DNA of 37,694 bases from Bacillota bacterium (lineage in GTDB: Bacteria; Bacillota; Limnochordia; Limnochordales; Geochordaceae): assembly GCA_040754675.1 (NCBI GenBank), contig JBFMCJ010000001.1, positions 1-37,694 of the forward strand. The letters are read 5' to 3'. The notes beneath the pieces were generated by a model, which did not search any database, had not been told where the DNA came from, and worked only from the letters and a program-made list of their open reading frames with translations. Each line of letters starts with the position of its first letter. Position 1 is the stretch's first letter. Shown here one piece after another: positions 18,997-26,889 of the stretch. The translations under genes were made by a program, and so were the position numbers.

Positions 18997-19812
18997 TCAC
19001 TGGGCGGCCGGTTCTTCCTCCAGCAGGGTCTCCCCCGGGCCGAGGGGAGCAGGCCGGCCATCAAGCGCCGCCGCCACGGCCTGGTAAACCCGGCCGCCGG
19101 GGTGGCCCGGGGCGATCTCCCAGATGGCGGCGCCCCGGGCGGCAGCCTCAGCGAACCGGATGCTGCGCACCACCGGCCACTCGAAGATACGGTAGCGCCC
19201 GGCGAACGCCTGCCGGATTTGATCCAGCGCCTCCCGGGCGTGGCGGGTGCGGCCGTCATAAAGGGTGGGTAAAATGGCCGCCACCTTCAGCTGGCTGTTG
19301 GCCTGAACGCGGATCCTGGCGAGCGCCCGCACCACCAGGGAGAGCACCCGCACCGCCAGGTACTCGCACGCGACCGGAACGACGGCCTCGTCGGCCGCCA
19401 CCAGGGCGTTTTGCGTCAGGATGCCCAGGGACGGCTGGGTGTCGATGAGGATGTAATCGTACTCGTCCCGCACCGGGCCGAGCAGGCGCGAAAGCCGCCG
19501 CTCCGGGGCCATCTGGCCTACGAGCTCCAGTTCGGCCAGGGTCAGCTCCAGCCCGGAGGGCACCAGGTGCGGCCCGTGGCGGTCGGGAACGATCAGGTTC
19601 CGCACGGGCTCCCGGGTCAGGAGTCCGTGGTAGACGGTCCTGGACTGCGCTTCGGGCGCCAGCCCGGACCACGCCGAGAGCGCGGCCTGCGGGTCGAGGT
19701 CGACCCAGAGCACCCGGCGACCCAGCGCGGCCAGCTGCACGCCCAGGTGGTAGACGGAGGTGGTCTTCGCCACCCCGCCCTTCTGATTGACCACCGCGAT
19801 GATGCGGCCCAT
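18997..19812 (-). CDS. ParA/Soj family ATPase (orphan)
   Basis: NQKGGVAKTT, VDLDPQA, DYILIDTQPSLG, AEAAARG. Confidence 0.9.
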   Translation of the reverse strand: MGRIIAVVNQKGGVAKTTSVYHLGVQLAALGRRVLWVDLDPQAALSAWSGLAPEAQSRTVYHGLLTREPVRNLIVPDRHGPHLVPSGLELTLAELELVGQMAPERRLSRLLGPVRDEYDYILIDTQPSLGILTQNALVAADEAVVPVACEYLAVRVLSLVVRALARIRVQANSQLKVAAILPTLYDGRTRHAREALDQIRQAFAGRYRIFEWPVVRSIRFAEAAARGAAIWEIAPGHPGGRVYQAVAAALDGRPAPLGPGETLLEEEPAAQ

Positions 19813-19934
19813 CGGCGTTCAACGCGCCTCGATTCCGGACGGAGCCTGCCCCCTCTTTCTCGCCCGCTCAGGCGTCCCCTTTTGTTCTGCTTGCTCCATG
19901 TCCAAGGTCCTGAAGGTCCGTGGCATTCGTCCCG

Positions 19935-19964
19935 TTGACACGTTGAAAACCCGGCCGGTAGACT
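19935..19964 (+). promoter_or_regulatory. Sigma-A/70-type promoter of the HTH regulator
   Basis: TTGACA-N18-TAGACT, about 30 nt upstream of ATG 19996. Confidence 0.65.
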
Positions 19965-19995
19965 GAAGGCGAAATCCGGGAAGGAACGATGCGCG

Positions 19996-20757
19996 ATGCC
20001 CATGCAGCCGACGGATGTCGCCGCCGTTCTGGCGGATCCAACGCGCTTTGCCATCTACGAACGGCTGGCGTCGAGCCGCCCCAGGAGCTTCACCGTCCAG
20101 GAGATCGCGGAGGAATTCTCGCTTCATCCCAACGTGGCGCGCACCCATCTGGGGCGCCTGGAAGAGATCGGTCTGGTTGAGTCGGTTCTGGAGAAGAGCG
20201 GCAGGGGCGGCCGTCCCGGCAAGCGCTACTCCGCCTCCGACCAGTCGGTGACGCTGCAGTTCCCGCGCAGGGACTGGCTGTGGCTGGCCGCGCTCCTGGT
20301 CAACACGCTGGAGCGGCTGGGGCCTGAGGCGCTGCGCGTCGCCGAGGACATGGCGTACCAGGAAGGGCTGCGGAAGGGTCAGCGGCTCGCGCTGCGAACC
20401 AACCACCGCTCCGAGGCCGGCCAGAGGGCGTCCGCCGGTGCCGCCGGGCACGCCGCCGGACCGCACAACGGCTGGCTCAACGGCATCTCCCTGGATAGCC
20501 TGGCCTCAGGGCTCTCGGAGGCCGCGGCGACGCAGGAGGTGTGGCGCCGGCAGGACGGCTCCGTGGGCATCCGCTTCAGCACGTGCGTCTTCCGGGAGCT
20601 GACCCGGGATCACCCGGACAGCGTCTGCGTCATCCACCGGGCGTTCCTGCGCGGCATGCTGGAGGCCGCTTTGGGGCCCGTGGCGCTCCACCAGCAAAGC
20701 AGCATGACGAACGGCCAGCCAAGCTGCGACTACGTCGTCACCCCGGCGGGGCACTGA
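19996..20757 (+). CDS. ArsR-like winged-helix regulator with Cys-containing C-terminal sensor (COG2345/SufR-like)
   Basis: LADPTR, LHPNVARTHLGRLEE, GRGGRP, C-X13-C-X32-C. Confidence 0.8.
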   Translation: MPMQPTDVAAVLADPTRFAIYERLASSRPRSFTVQEIAEEFSLHPNVARTHLGRLEEIGLVESVLEKSGRGGRPGKRYSASDQSVTLQFPRRDWLWLAALLVNTLERLGPEALRVAEDMAYQEGLRKGQRLALRTNHRSEAGQRASAGAAGHAAGPHNGWLNGISLDSLASGLSEAAATQEVWRRQDGSVGIRFSTCVFRELTRDHPDSVCVIHRAFLRGMLEAALGPVALHQQSSMTNGQPSCDYVVTPAGH

Positions 20758-21349
20758 CGCGGCGGGCGGTGCGCCCGAGCGCCGCTCGCAGTGCCGGCGC
20801 AAGGGCCAGCGCCACCGCCGCCGAGGAGCTCACCTGCAGCGTATCGATGAACAGCTCCACGGGCACCGCCCCGGGCCCGAGCAAAAACCACGCCGCCGCG
20901 GCGTAGCCGGCGATCATCCAGAGCGCACCCGGCACGATCGCCGCCAGATCCCGGTACCATCGCCTGCCCCTCGCCGCGCCACCCTGCCCTGCGCGGCCCG
21001 GAAGCCGCCAGGCCAGCCACCCCACCAGCGCGCCCTCGACGGCCTTGATGGCCAGCGTCAGCGGTGCCCACCCCGTGAATCCCTGCACCACGTCGCCCAA
21101 CGCGGCCCCGACCGCTCCTGCCGCCCCAATCCAGGGGCCAGCCAGAAGCGCCGCCGTGTAAATGACCGCCTCGCCCAGATTGAAGTACTGGCCGCCGCCT
21201 GACGCAGGCACCCGCACGTACAGCGTGGCCGCCAGCGTCAGCGCCGCCGTGACAGCGCCGTATGCAACGCCCAGGGCGCGGTCCCCCCGGCGAACTGCCC
21301 CCACGGACGGTTGCGGGTCTTGCTTGCGGAGCTCAGGACGTGACGTCAT
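20738..21349 (-). CDS. ECF transporter S component
   Basis: GQYFNLGEAVIY, GAALGD, WAPLTLAIKAVEG; about 6 TMs. Confidence 0.85.
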   Translation of the reverse strand: MTSRPELRKQDPQPSVGAVRRGDRALGVAYGAVTAALTLAATLYVRVPASGGGQYFNLGEAVIYTAALLAGPWIGAAGAVGAALGDVVQGFTGWAPLTLAIKAVEGALVGWLAWRLPGRAGQGGAARGRRWYRDLAAIVPGALWMIAGYAAAAWFLLGPGAVPVELFIDTLQVSSSAAVALALAPALRAALGRTARRVSAPPG

Positions 21350-21542
21350 ATCCGGCTTCCTCGATGGCTTCGCGAACGGAGTCGACCGTGGTGCGGCCCG
21401 GATCGAACGCCACCGTGACCGTCTTGCCGGTCAGATCCACGTCAACGGACCGCACGCCCGCGACCCTGCCCACGGACTCGGTGATGGCCCTGCGGCAGTG
21501 CTCGCAGGAGACACCCGCTACCTTGAACACGTGGGTCTCCAC
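21333..21542 (-). CDS. copZ: Copper chaperone (HMA domain)
   Basis: 69 aa, GVSCEHC, AIEEAGY; GTG start after AGGAGGTG. Confidence 0.88.
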   Translation of the reverse strand: METHVFKVAGVSCEHCRRAITESVGRVAGVRSVDVDLTGKTVTVAFDPGRTTVDSVREAIEEAGYDVTS

Positions 21543-21568
21543 GGCCCCTGCACCTCCTGCGCCACATT

Positions 21569-22585
21569 TTAACCCCGCCCCGGTGCGTATGAGGCGTACC
21601 ACGTGGGGGTGAGGCTCCCGGCTAGCTTTTCCGCGGCCTTCTCCAGCCGCCGGTGCCACGGCGCCGCAAAGCGGGACGCGACGGTGGCGAGCTTCTGGAG
21701 GTTACCTGCCGCTACGCTTTCCAGGAGTTCCCGCCTGCGGGCCCGGTTCTCCACGCCCAGGACGCTCTTCCAGACCGCCCGGCCGGCCATGTAGCCGCTG
21801 GCCCCCGCCCGGCAGGCGAGCTCCACCTCCACCACGAAGTCCTCGTAGTCCACGCCCTCCGAGAGGATCACCCACGGCACCTGCGACGCCTCGTCGAGCC
21901 GCCGGCACGCCTCCAGAAGGCGCTTGGCATCCTTCTCGTAGCTCATGTCGGCCGGGAACTCCGCCTTGAACACGTCAATCCCAAGCGGCGTGAGATCCCG
22001 AGCGGTGCGAACCACCACGTCCGCCTTGGCCCGGGCGAACTCGGGGCTCGACTTCTTCATCCCGGGCTCCAGCGGGTAAGAGACCGCCTCCAGCACCAAA
22101 AGCACATCGGCGGCCCGGCACTCCTCGGCCACCCGGCGCACCAGATCCCGCTGGGCGGCGGCCACCGGCGAGTCCGGATGATAGTAGATCAGGAGCTTGG
22201 CTCCGGAAGCACCCATGCGCTTGACGGCATGGGGGCCCCAGTTCGGCAGGAGCTCGGTGAGCCGCTGTGTGTCGCTCCCCGCATACCCGGTCTTCTCCAG
22301 CGACACGAGAAGCCCGACCCGCCCGGGGAGCACCCCCCTGGCGATGGCCTGCGCCGCGCCGAACTCGGGATCCAGGAGTACGGCGCTCGCATGGGGCGCA
22401 AGGGCCCGGCACAGGTCCATCTTGAACTCGACCATCTCCTCGTCGCTGACGGCGTTGGGATTGTCCGGGTCGAGCAGCCGCTTGAGCGCCCCCCGGTGGT
22501 CCATGGCGGCAAGCAGTATGAACCCCTCCGGCGTACTGATCTCTTGAAGCCCGCGCAGCTTACCGACGGTCAACTCCATGGCCAA
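21569..22585 (-). CDS. lacD: Tagatose-1,6-bisphosphate aldolase (LacD family class I aldolase)
   Basis: AAMDHRG, ASAVLLDPEFG, LEKTGY, KLLIYY, DVFKAEFP, WVILS, GYMAGRAVW. Confidence 0.85.
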   Translation of the reverse strand: MAMELTVGKLRGLQEISTPEGFILLAAMDHRGALKRLLDPDNPNAVSDEEMVEFKMDLCRALAPHASAVLLDPEFGAAQAIARGVLPGRVGLLVSLEKTGYAGSDTQRLTELLPNWGPHAVKRMGASGAKLLIYYHPDSPVAAAQRDLVRRVAEECRAADVLLVLEAVSYPLEPGMKKSSPEFARAKADVVVRTARDLTPLGIDVFKAEFPADMSYEKDAKRLLEACRRLDEASQVPWVILSEGVDYEDFVVEVELACRAGASGYMAGRAVWKSVLGVENRARRRELLESVAAGNLQKLATVASRFAAPWHRRLEKAAEKLAGSLTPTWYASYAPGRG

Positions 22586-22600
22586 CCACCCGGCCTCCTC

Positions 22601-23527
22601 TCACTCAGCCTGGACGGGCCTGCCCGCCTGCCCGGCCGGAAGCGCCCCGCCGCCCTGCCGCAGCCGGGCCGTCACCTCCAGCAGGTAGTCGCGAAACGCC
22701 GGCCCCAGGTCCGGCCGCTCCAGCGCGAGTTCCACCGTGGCCTGCAGGAAGCCCAGCTTGTCACCGACGTCGTACCGCCGCCCCTCGAAGGTGAACGCGT
22801 ACACCGGCCGGGTCTCAGCAAGCTTGCGGATCGCATCCGTGAGCTGGATTTCGCCCCCCGCGCCGGGCGGGGTCCGTTCGAGAATCGCGAAGATCTCCGG
22901 TTCCAGCACGTAACGCCCCAGCACCGCGAGGCGGGATGGGGCCTGCTCGGGGCGGGGCTTCTCGATGAAGTCGTCGACGGCGTACAGCCGGTCCCCGACC
23001 GGGCGGGGCCTGACGATCCCGTAGCGGCTCACCTCGGACAGGGGCACCTCCTGCACCCCGAGAACGGAGCCGCCGACCCGCTCGTAGACGTCCAGCAGCT
23101 GCCTGAGCGCCGGCACCTCGGAACGCACCACGTCGTCGCCGAGCAGCACCGCGAAGGGGTCGGACCCGATGAACTTGCGCGCGCACCAGACCGCGTGCCC
23201 GAGGCCCCTGGGCTCCTTCTGGCGCACGTAGTAAATGTCGACCATCTCTGACACGTCCTGAACCACCTTGAGCAGATCCTCGCGGCGGCTGCCGTTGAGC
23301 GCCAGCTCCAGCTCCACGGAGCGGTCGAAGTGGTCCTCGATGGCGCGCTTGTTGCGGCCGGTGATGATCAGGATGTCCTCAATGCCCGAAGCGACGGCCT
23401 CTTCCACGATGTACTGGATGGTCGGCGTGTCGACCAGCGGCAGCATCTCCTTGGGCTGTGCCTTGGTGGCCGGCAAAAAGCGGGTACCCAGCCCAGCCGC
23501 AGGAATCACCGCCTTCTTCACCCGCAA
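22601..23527 (-). CDS. galU: UTP--glucose-1-phosphate uridylyltransferase
   Basis: [44 protein letters not shown]. Confidence 0.97.
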   Translation of the reverse strand: MRVKKAVIPAAGLGTRFLPATKAQPKEMLPLVDTPTIQYIVEEAVASGIEDILIITGRNKRAIEDHFDRSVELELALNGSRREDLLKVVQDVSEMVDIYYVRQKEPRGLGHAVWCARKFIGSDPFAVLLGDDVVRSEVPALRQLLDVYERVGGSVLGVQEVPLSEVSRYGIVRPRPVGDRLYAVDDFIEKPRPEQAPSRLAVLGRYVLEPEIFAILERTPPGAGGEIQLTDAIRKLAETRPVYAFTFEGRRYDVGDKLGFLQATVELALERPDLGPAFRDYLLEVTARLRQGGGALPAGQAGRPVQAE

Positions 23528-23533
23528 CGGCCT

Positions 23534-24598
23534 TCACTCCCCCTGGACGGGTCCGGTGTCCGGCGACCCCGGGCCTCTGTCTGACAAAACGTGACGGAAG
23601 ACCCGCGCGAAGTTTCCCCCGAGGACCTTGCGGATGGTATCGTCGTCGTAGCCGCGACGGACAAGCTCCTCGGTGAGCGCGGGCAGGCGGGACGGATCCT
23701 CCAGCCCCTCCGGCACCCTGGAGATGCCGTCGAAGTCCGACCCGAGCCCGACGTGGTCCGGCCCCGCGAGCTGCACCACGTAGTCGATGTGGCGGACGAC
23801 GTCCGAAAGGCGTGCGGGCCCTTCGGCCACCAGGAAGCCCGGGAAGAAGTTGATCCCCATCACGCCGCCCTTTTGGGCCAGCGCCCGGATCTGAGCATCC
23901 GTCAGGTTACGCACGTGGTCGCACAGCGCCCGCGCGTTGGAGTGGGAAGCAATCACGGGGTGGCGGCTGAGCTCGAGCACCTGCCAGAAACCGGCCTCGG
24001 AGAGGTGGGACACGTCCACCACCATGCCGAGCCGGTTCATCTCCGCCACCACCTCGCGGCCGAATCCGGTGAGCCCGGCGCCGCGCGCCTCCCCCACCCC
24101 GTCGGCCAGCTCGTTGGCCACGTTCCACGTCAACCCGGCCGCCCGTACGCCAAGGCGGTAAAACGTGCGCAACATGCTCAACTGGCCGGCCAGCACCTCG
24201 CACCCCTCCAGGCTGACGACGATGCCGGTCCTATCGAGACGGCGTGCCTCGTCAAGGTGGGAGGCCTCGCGCACCCAGACAAAGGCGTCAGGTGCCCGCT
24301 CCACCTCGGCGTGCAGGGCGTCGAGGATGGCGAGGGCCCGCAGGGCGTTGTAAGGGATCGGCACGGCAGGCGGCACGAAGAGCGTGAAGACCTGGATCGT
24401 GACGCCGCCGGATCGAAGGCGGTCCAGGTCCACGTGGCCGCCGCGCCCTCGATCGGTAAGGTGGCGGCGGCCCTCGACGACGTCGATCGCGATGGTGTCG
24501 GCGTGGGCGTCGAAAACCAGGGCCTGCGCGTGGACGCGCCGCGCGCGGTCCCGGTAGCCCTGGTGAGCCTGCCGGGGAGGTTCGAGATGGTCAGCCAT
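23534..24598 (-). CDS. Membrane dipeptidase family M19 protein
   Basis: DAHAD, SLEG, LTWN, VDVSH, ASHSNA, RNLTD, GLGSDFDG. Confidence 0.93.
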   Translation of the reverse strand: MADHLEPPRQAHQGYRDRARRVHAQALVFDAHADTIAIDVVEGRRHLTDRGRGGHVDLDRLRSGGVTIQVFTLFVPPAVPIPYNALRALAILDALHAEVERAPDAFVWVREASHLDEARRLDRTGIVVSLEGCEVLAGQLSMLRTFYRLGVRAAGLTWNVANELADGVGEARGAGLTGFGREVVAEMNRLGMVVDVSHLSEAGFWQVLELSRHPVIASHSNARALCDHVRNLTDAQIRALAQKGGVMGINFFPGFLVAEGPARLSDVVRHIDYVVQLAGPDHVGLGSDFDGISRVPEGLEDPSRLPALTEELVRRGYDDDTIRKVLGGNFARVFRHVLSDRGPGSPDTGPVQGE

Positions 24599-24694
24599 GC
24601 TTCTGGATAACCCTTCCCCTCACGATAGGGCCATTCAGGAACATAATTAGGGGGGCGGCCGGCTCTCCCTCCCGCAGCGGTAGGCCTTCGTTTT

Positions 24695-24708
24695 TGGAAC
24701 CGTTTACG
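24695..24708. promoter_or_regulatory. Candidate cre / LacI-family operator
   Basis: TGGAACCGTTTACG resembles the cre consensus TGWAANCGNTNWCA; lies upstream of the dipeptidase-galU-lacD operon. Confidence 0.35.
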
Positions 24709-24814
24709 GACCAATCCGCCTTCGTCCGCGAGCGTACGAGAGAGTCCGACGAACGCGCCGGACCTTCCCGCCGGGATTTGCCGGAAACCGGAGGTCGTCC
24801 GGCCCGCCTCCATA

Positions 24815-24823
24815 TGGTATGCT
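24815..24823 (+). promoter_or_regulatory. Extended -10 promoter for the candidate ncRNA
   Basis: TG-G-TATGCT, 5-6 nt upstream of the first base of the closing stem. Confidence 0.55.
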
Positions 24824-24828
24824 TCGGT

Positions 24829-25184
24829 CGCAGGGTTCCAACCGCAGCCAGTTCTCCCCGGCAATCCGGGTAGGCTCACGGGCCGTCCAGAAGGGGCGGC
24901 AGGGATGGGCCGGGGGACGGGGAGAGCCGGCGGGGAGGCCCGGGGATCCGGAGCGCAAGGCCGAGCAGGCCTGGCTGGCCCGAGGGTTATCCGAGCTTCC
25001 GGGATGCCGGGAGAGCGGGTGCCAGCGGGCGAAAGCGAGCCGCCGGCAGTGCGTTTCGGAAAGCCGCCAGGTCTTCTCGGGGCTCTCTCAAGAAACCGGT
25101 CTCCTCTGCTGCATGGATCCAGCGGCCGGGGCCGGCTAGCCGCCGGGGCGGGCTCAAGGGCGGAAGGAACCCTGCGGTTTTTTT
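24829..25184 (+). ncRNA. Candidate ~350-nt rod-shaped structured non-coding RNA, family not recognised
   Basis: 5' CGCAGGGTTCC (24829-39) pairs with GGAACCCTGCG (25166-76), followed by T7. At least ten further nested helices share one symmetry centre near 25000. Many G-U pairs favour the + strand. Confidence 0.7.
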
Positions 25185-25202
25185 GGGCGCCATCCCGGCC
25201 TC

Positions 25203-25727
25203 TCAGGGCTCGGCCAGGACTGCGAGGTACGGCAGGTGCCGGAAGTCCTCCCGCCAGTCGAGCCCGTAGCCCACCAAAAACTCGTCCGGCATCAGAAAAC
25301 CCCTGTAGCGGATCGGGAGTTCGACCAGGCGGCGGGCCCGGTTGTCCAGGAGCGTGCAGACATAGAGGCTGGCGGGCCGCCGGCCTTCCAGGATGCGCAG
25401 GAGGTAGCCGAGGGTCAGCCCCGTGTCGATGACGTCCTCCACCATCAGCACGTGCCGGCCCGTGATGTTGATGTCGAGATCCTTGGTGATCCGCACCACG
25501 CCCGTCTCGTCGGAACTCTGCCCGTACCGGGATATGGCCAGGAAGTCGAGCTGAAGGGGTACGCGGATGGCGCGCGTCAGGTCCGCTACGAAGTAGATGG
25601 CGCCCTTCAGCACGCTGACGAGCACGGGGTTGAGCCCGTCGTAGTCCCGGCTGATGGCCTCCCCCAGTTGCTGCACCTTACGGCGAATGGTGTGCTCGTT
25701 GTAGACGATGCGCCCGACCTCTGCCAC
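25203..25727 (-). CDS. hpt: Hypoxanthine phosphoribosyltransferase
   Basis: VLKGA, DFLAISRY, VLMVEDVIDTGLTL (PRPP loop), FLVGYGLD, RHLPY. Confidence 0.93.
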   Translation of the reverse strand: MAEVGRIVYNEHTIRRKVQQLGEAISRDYDGLNPVLVSVLKGAIYFVADLTRAIRVPLQLDFLAISRYGQSSDETGVVRITKDLDINITGRHVLMVEDVIDTGLTLGYLLRILEGRRPASLYVCTLLDNRARRLVELPIRYRGFLMPDEFLVGYGLDWREDFRHLPYLAVLAEP

Positions 25728-25739
25728 CGGTGGAGTCCG

Positions 25740-26765
25740 TTAACCCCTTCCTGCGGCCTGTGCGGCGCCCCGCCCGAACTTGGCTGCCAGCCGCTCGAAA
25801 TCCCGGCCGTAGAGCACCTTGATGTTCACCCGAGGGTAGAGTTCCTTGAGGCGGCGCGCTTTGCGGTTCTTGCGGGTGACCAGGCTCTGCTTCATGGTGG
25901 TCAGTTCCACGTACAGATTCCACTCGGGCAGGTAAAAGTCCGGCGTGAACGCCGACGTCACCCTGCCCTGTTCGTCCCATTCCAGGGGAAACGTCGTCGG
26001 CTCGTACTGCCACGCCACCCGGTAGAAGTCCAGCATCCGTGCGAACTCTTCCTCGCTCGGGTGCGCGAAGTTGGGGCGAACCCCCACCTCCGGAGGGTGG
26101 TGGATGGGTTGGGGGGCTCCGGAGGCGTCCAGGGTGACCGTCGGCGGCTGAACAGCCGCGGGTAGCGGGGCCGGCGCAGCCGCAACGGACGCTGAAGCGG
26201 GGTATGCAGCTTCCGTCCCGGCGGCAGAAGGGGGCACCGCCCCGGTTTCAAGCCGCACAGCGGCGATGGCGGCCACGATCAGGTCCGCCGCAGCCTGGGC
26301 GGAGAGGCGCTCGGTGTTAATCACCAGGTCGAAGCGCGCGGGCGCTTCCGCCACCGCCCAGCCGGAAAGCCGCGCCGCCCGATCCTGCTGACTTTCTTCC
26401 GTGGCCGCCATGCCGGCGGCCAGGAGTTCGCCAACTCCCGCTTCGGCGGCGATGCGCCGCACCCGGGTACCCCAGGGGGCGGTGAGGAGCACCCGCAGCA
26501 CCGGCCCCGGGCGGGTATCCCTGGCCGGCAGCGGGTCGACACCGCCCGTGCCTGCAGGGCTTGCGCCCCAGCCGAGGTAGATAATACCTTCCTGCTCGCC
26601 CGTGGCCGCCGACCCGGGCGTACGGCCCTCAATCCGCCATCCCGTTCGGGACGCCACCAGGGCCGCCACCTGCTCGGCGAGCGACCCTCGAAGTCCCGCC
26701 AGAACCAGGGAAACCACGTTCTTTTCCAACTCCACCCCATCATAGCACACCGCGCGGGCCGCCAC
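25740..26765 (-). CDS. Fusion: degenerate cytidylate-kinase-like domain + linker + PD-(D/E)xK-like domain
   Basis: N-terminal LAGLRGS, VLLTAPWGTRVRRI and FDLVINTERLS; C-terminal FAHPSEEEFA, WQYEP, FTPDFYLP, YVELTT. True start may be 26735 or 26729. Confidence 0.75.
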   Translation of the reverse strand: MAARAVCYDGVELEKNVVSLVLAGLRGSLAEQVAALVASRTGWRIEGRTPGSAATGEQEGIIYLGWGASPAGTGGVDPLPARDTRPGPVLRVLLTAPWGTRVRRIAAEAGVGELLAAGMAATEESQQDRAARLSGWAVAEAPARFDLVINTERLSAQAAADLIVAAIAAVRLETGAVPPSAAGTEAAYPASASVAAAPAPLPAAVQPPTVTLDASGAPQPIHHPPEVGVRPNFAHPSEEEFARMLDFYRVAWQYEPTTFPLEWDEQGRVTSAFTPDFYLPEWNLYVELTTMKQSLVTRKNRKARRLKELYPRVNIKVLYGRDFERLAAKFGRGAAQAAGRG

Positions 26766-26802
26766 CCCGTCGCCGGCCGGTGCGGCAGGGACGGCGCCAC
26801 TT

Positions 26803-26811
26803 TGTTAGAAT
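26803..26811 (+). promoter_or_regulatory. Extended -10 promoter of the TPR gene
   Basis: TG-T-TAGAAT in the divergent intergenic region. Confidence 0.45.
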
Positions 26812-26889
26812 GAAACGGCACGACGCAGGGCCAGGAACAACGCCACCGGCCAGGCGCGGTGGCCGACAGACTGATCCGCCGGTAAGGAA

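Noticed and set aside
24721-24802. Hairpins TTCGTC/GACGAA and GACCTTCC/GGAGGTC as a riboswitch for the dipeptidase operon
   Set aside because: Short stems expected at this GC content; no aptamer consensus recognised.
24829-25184. Calling the rod RNA SRP RNA, RNase P, tmRNA, OLE, raiA, T-box or a riboswitch
   Set aside because: Diagnostic motifs not found by eye. CGGAAGGAA near 25161 lacks the SRP helix-8 context and belongs to the closing stem.
24829-25184. Viroid-like or ribozyme-bearing element, or type I toxin mRNA
   Set aside because: Size and rod shape are suggestive, but I see no hammerhead core and no short hydrophobic ORF with an SD.
24819-25432. ORFs 24819-25139, 24905-25432 and 24987-25193 across the intergenic gap
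   Set aside because: G/R/A/P-rich, no recognisable motif or good SD; explained by high GC content.
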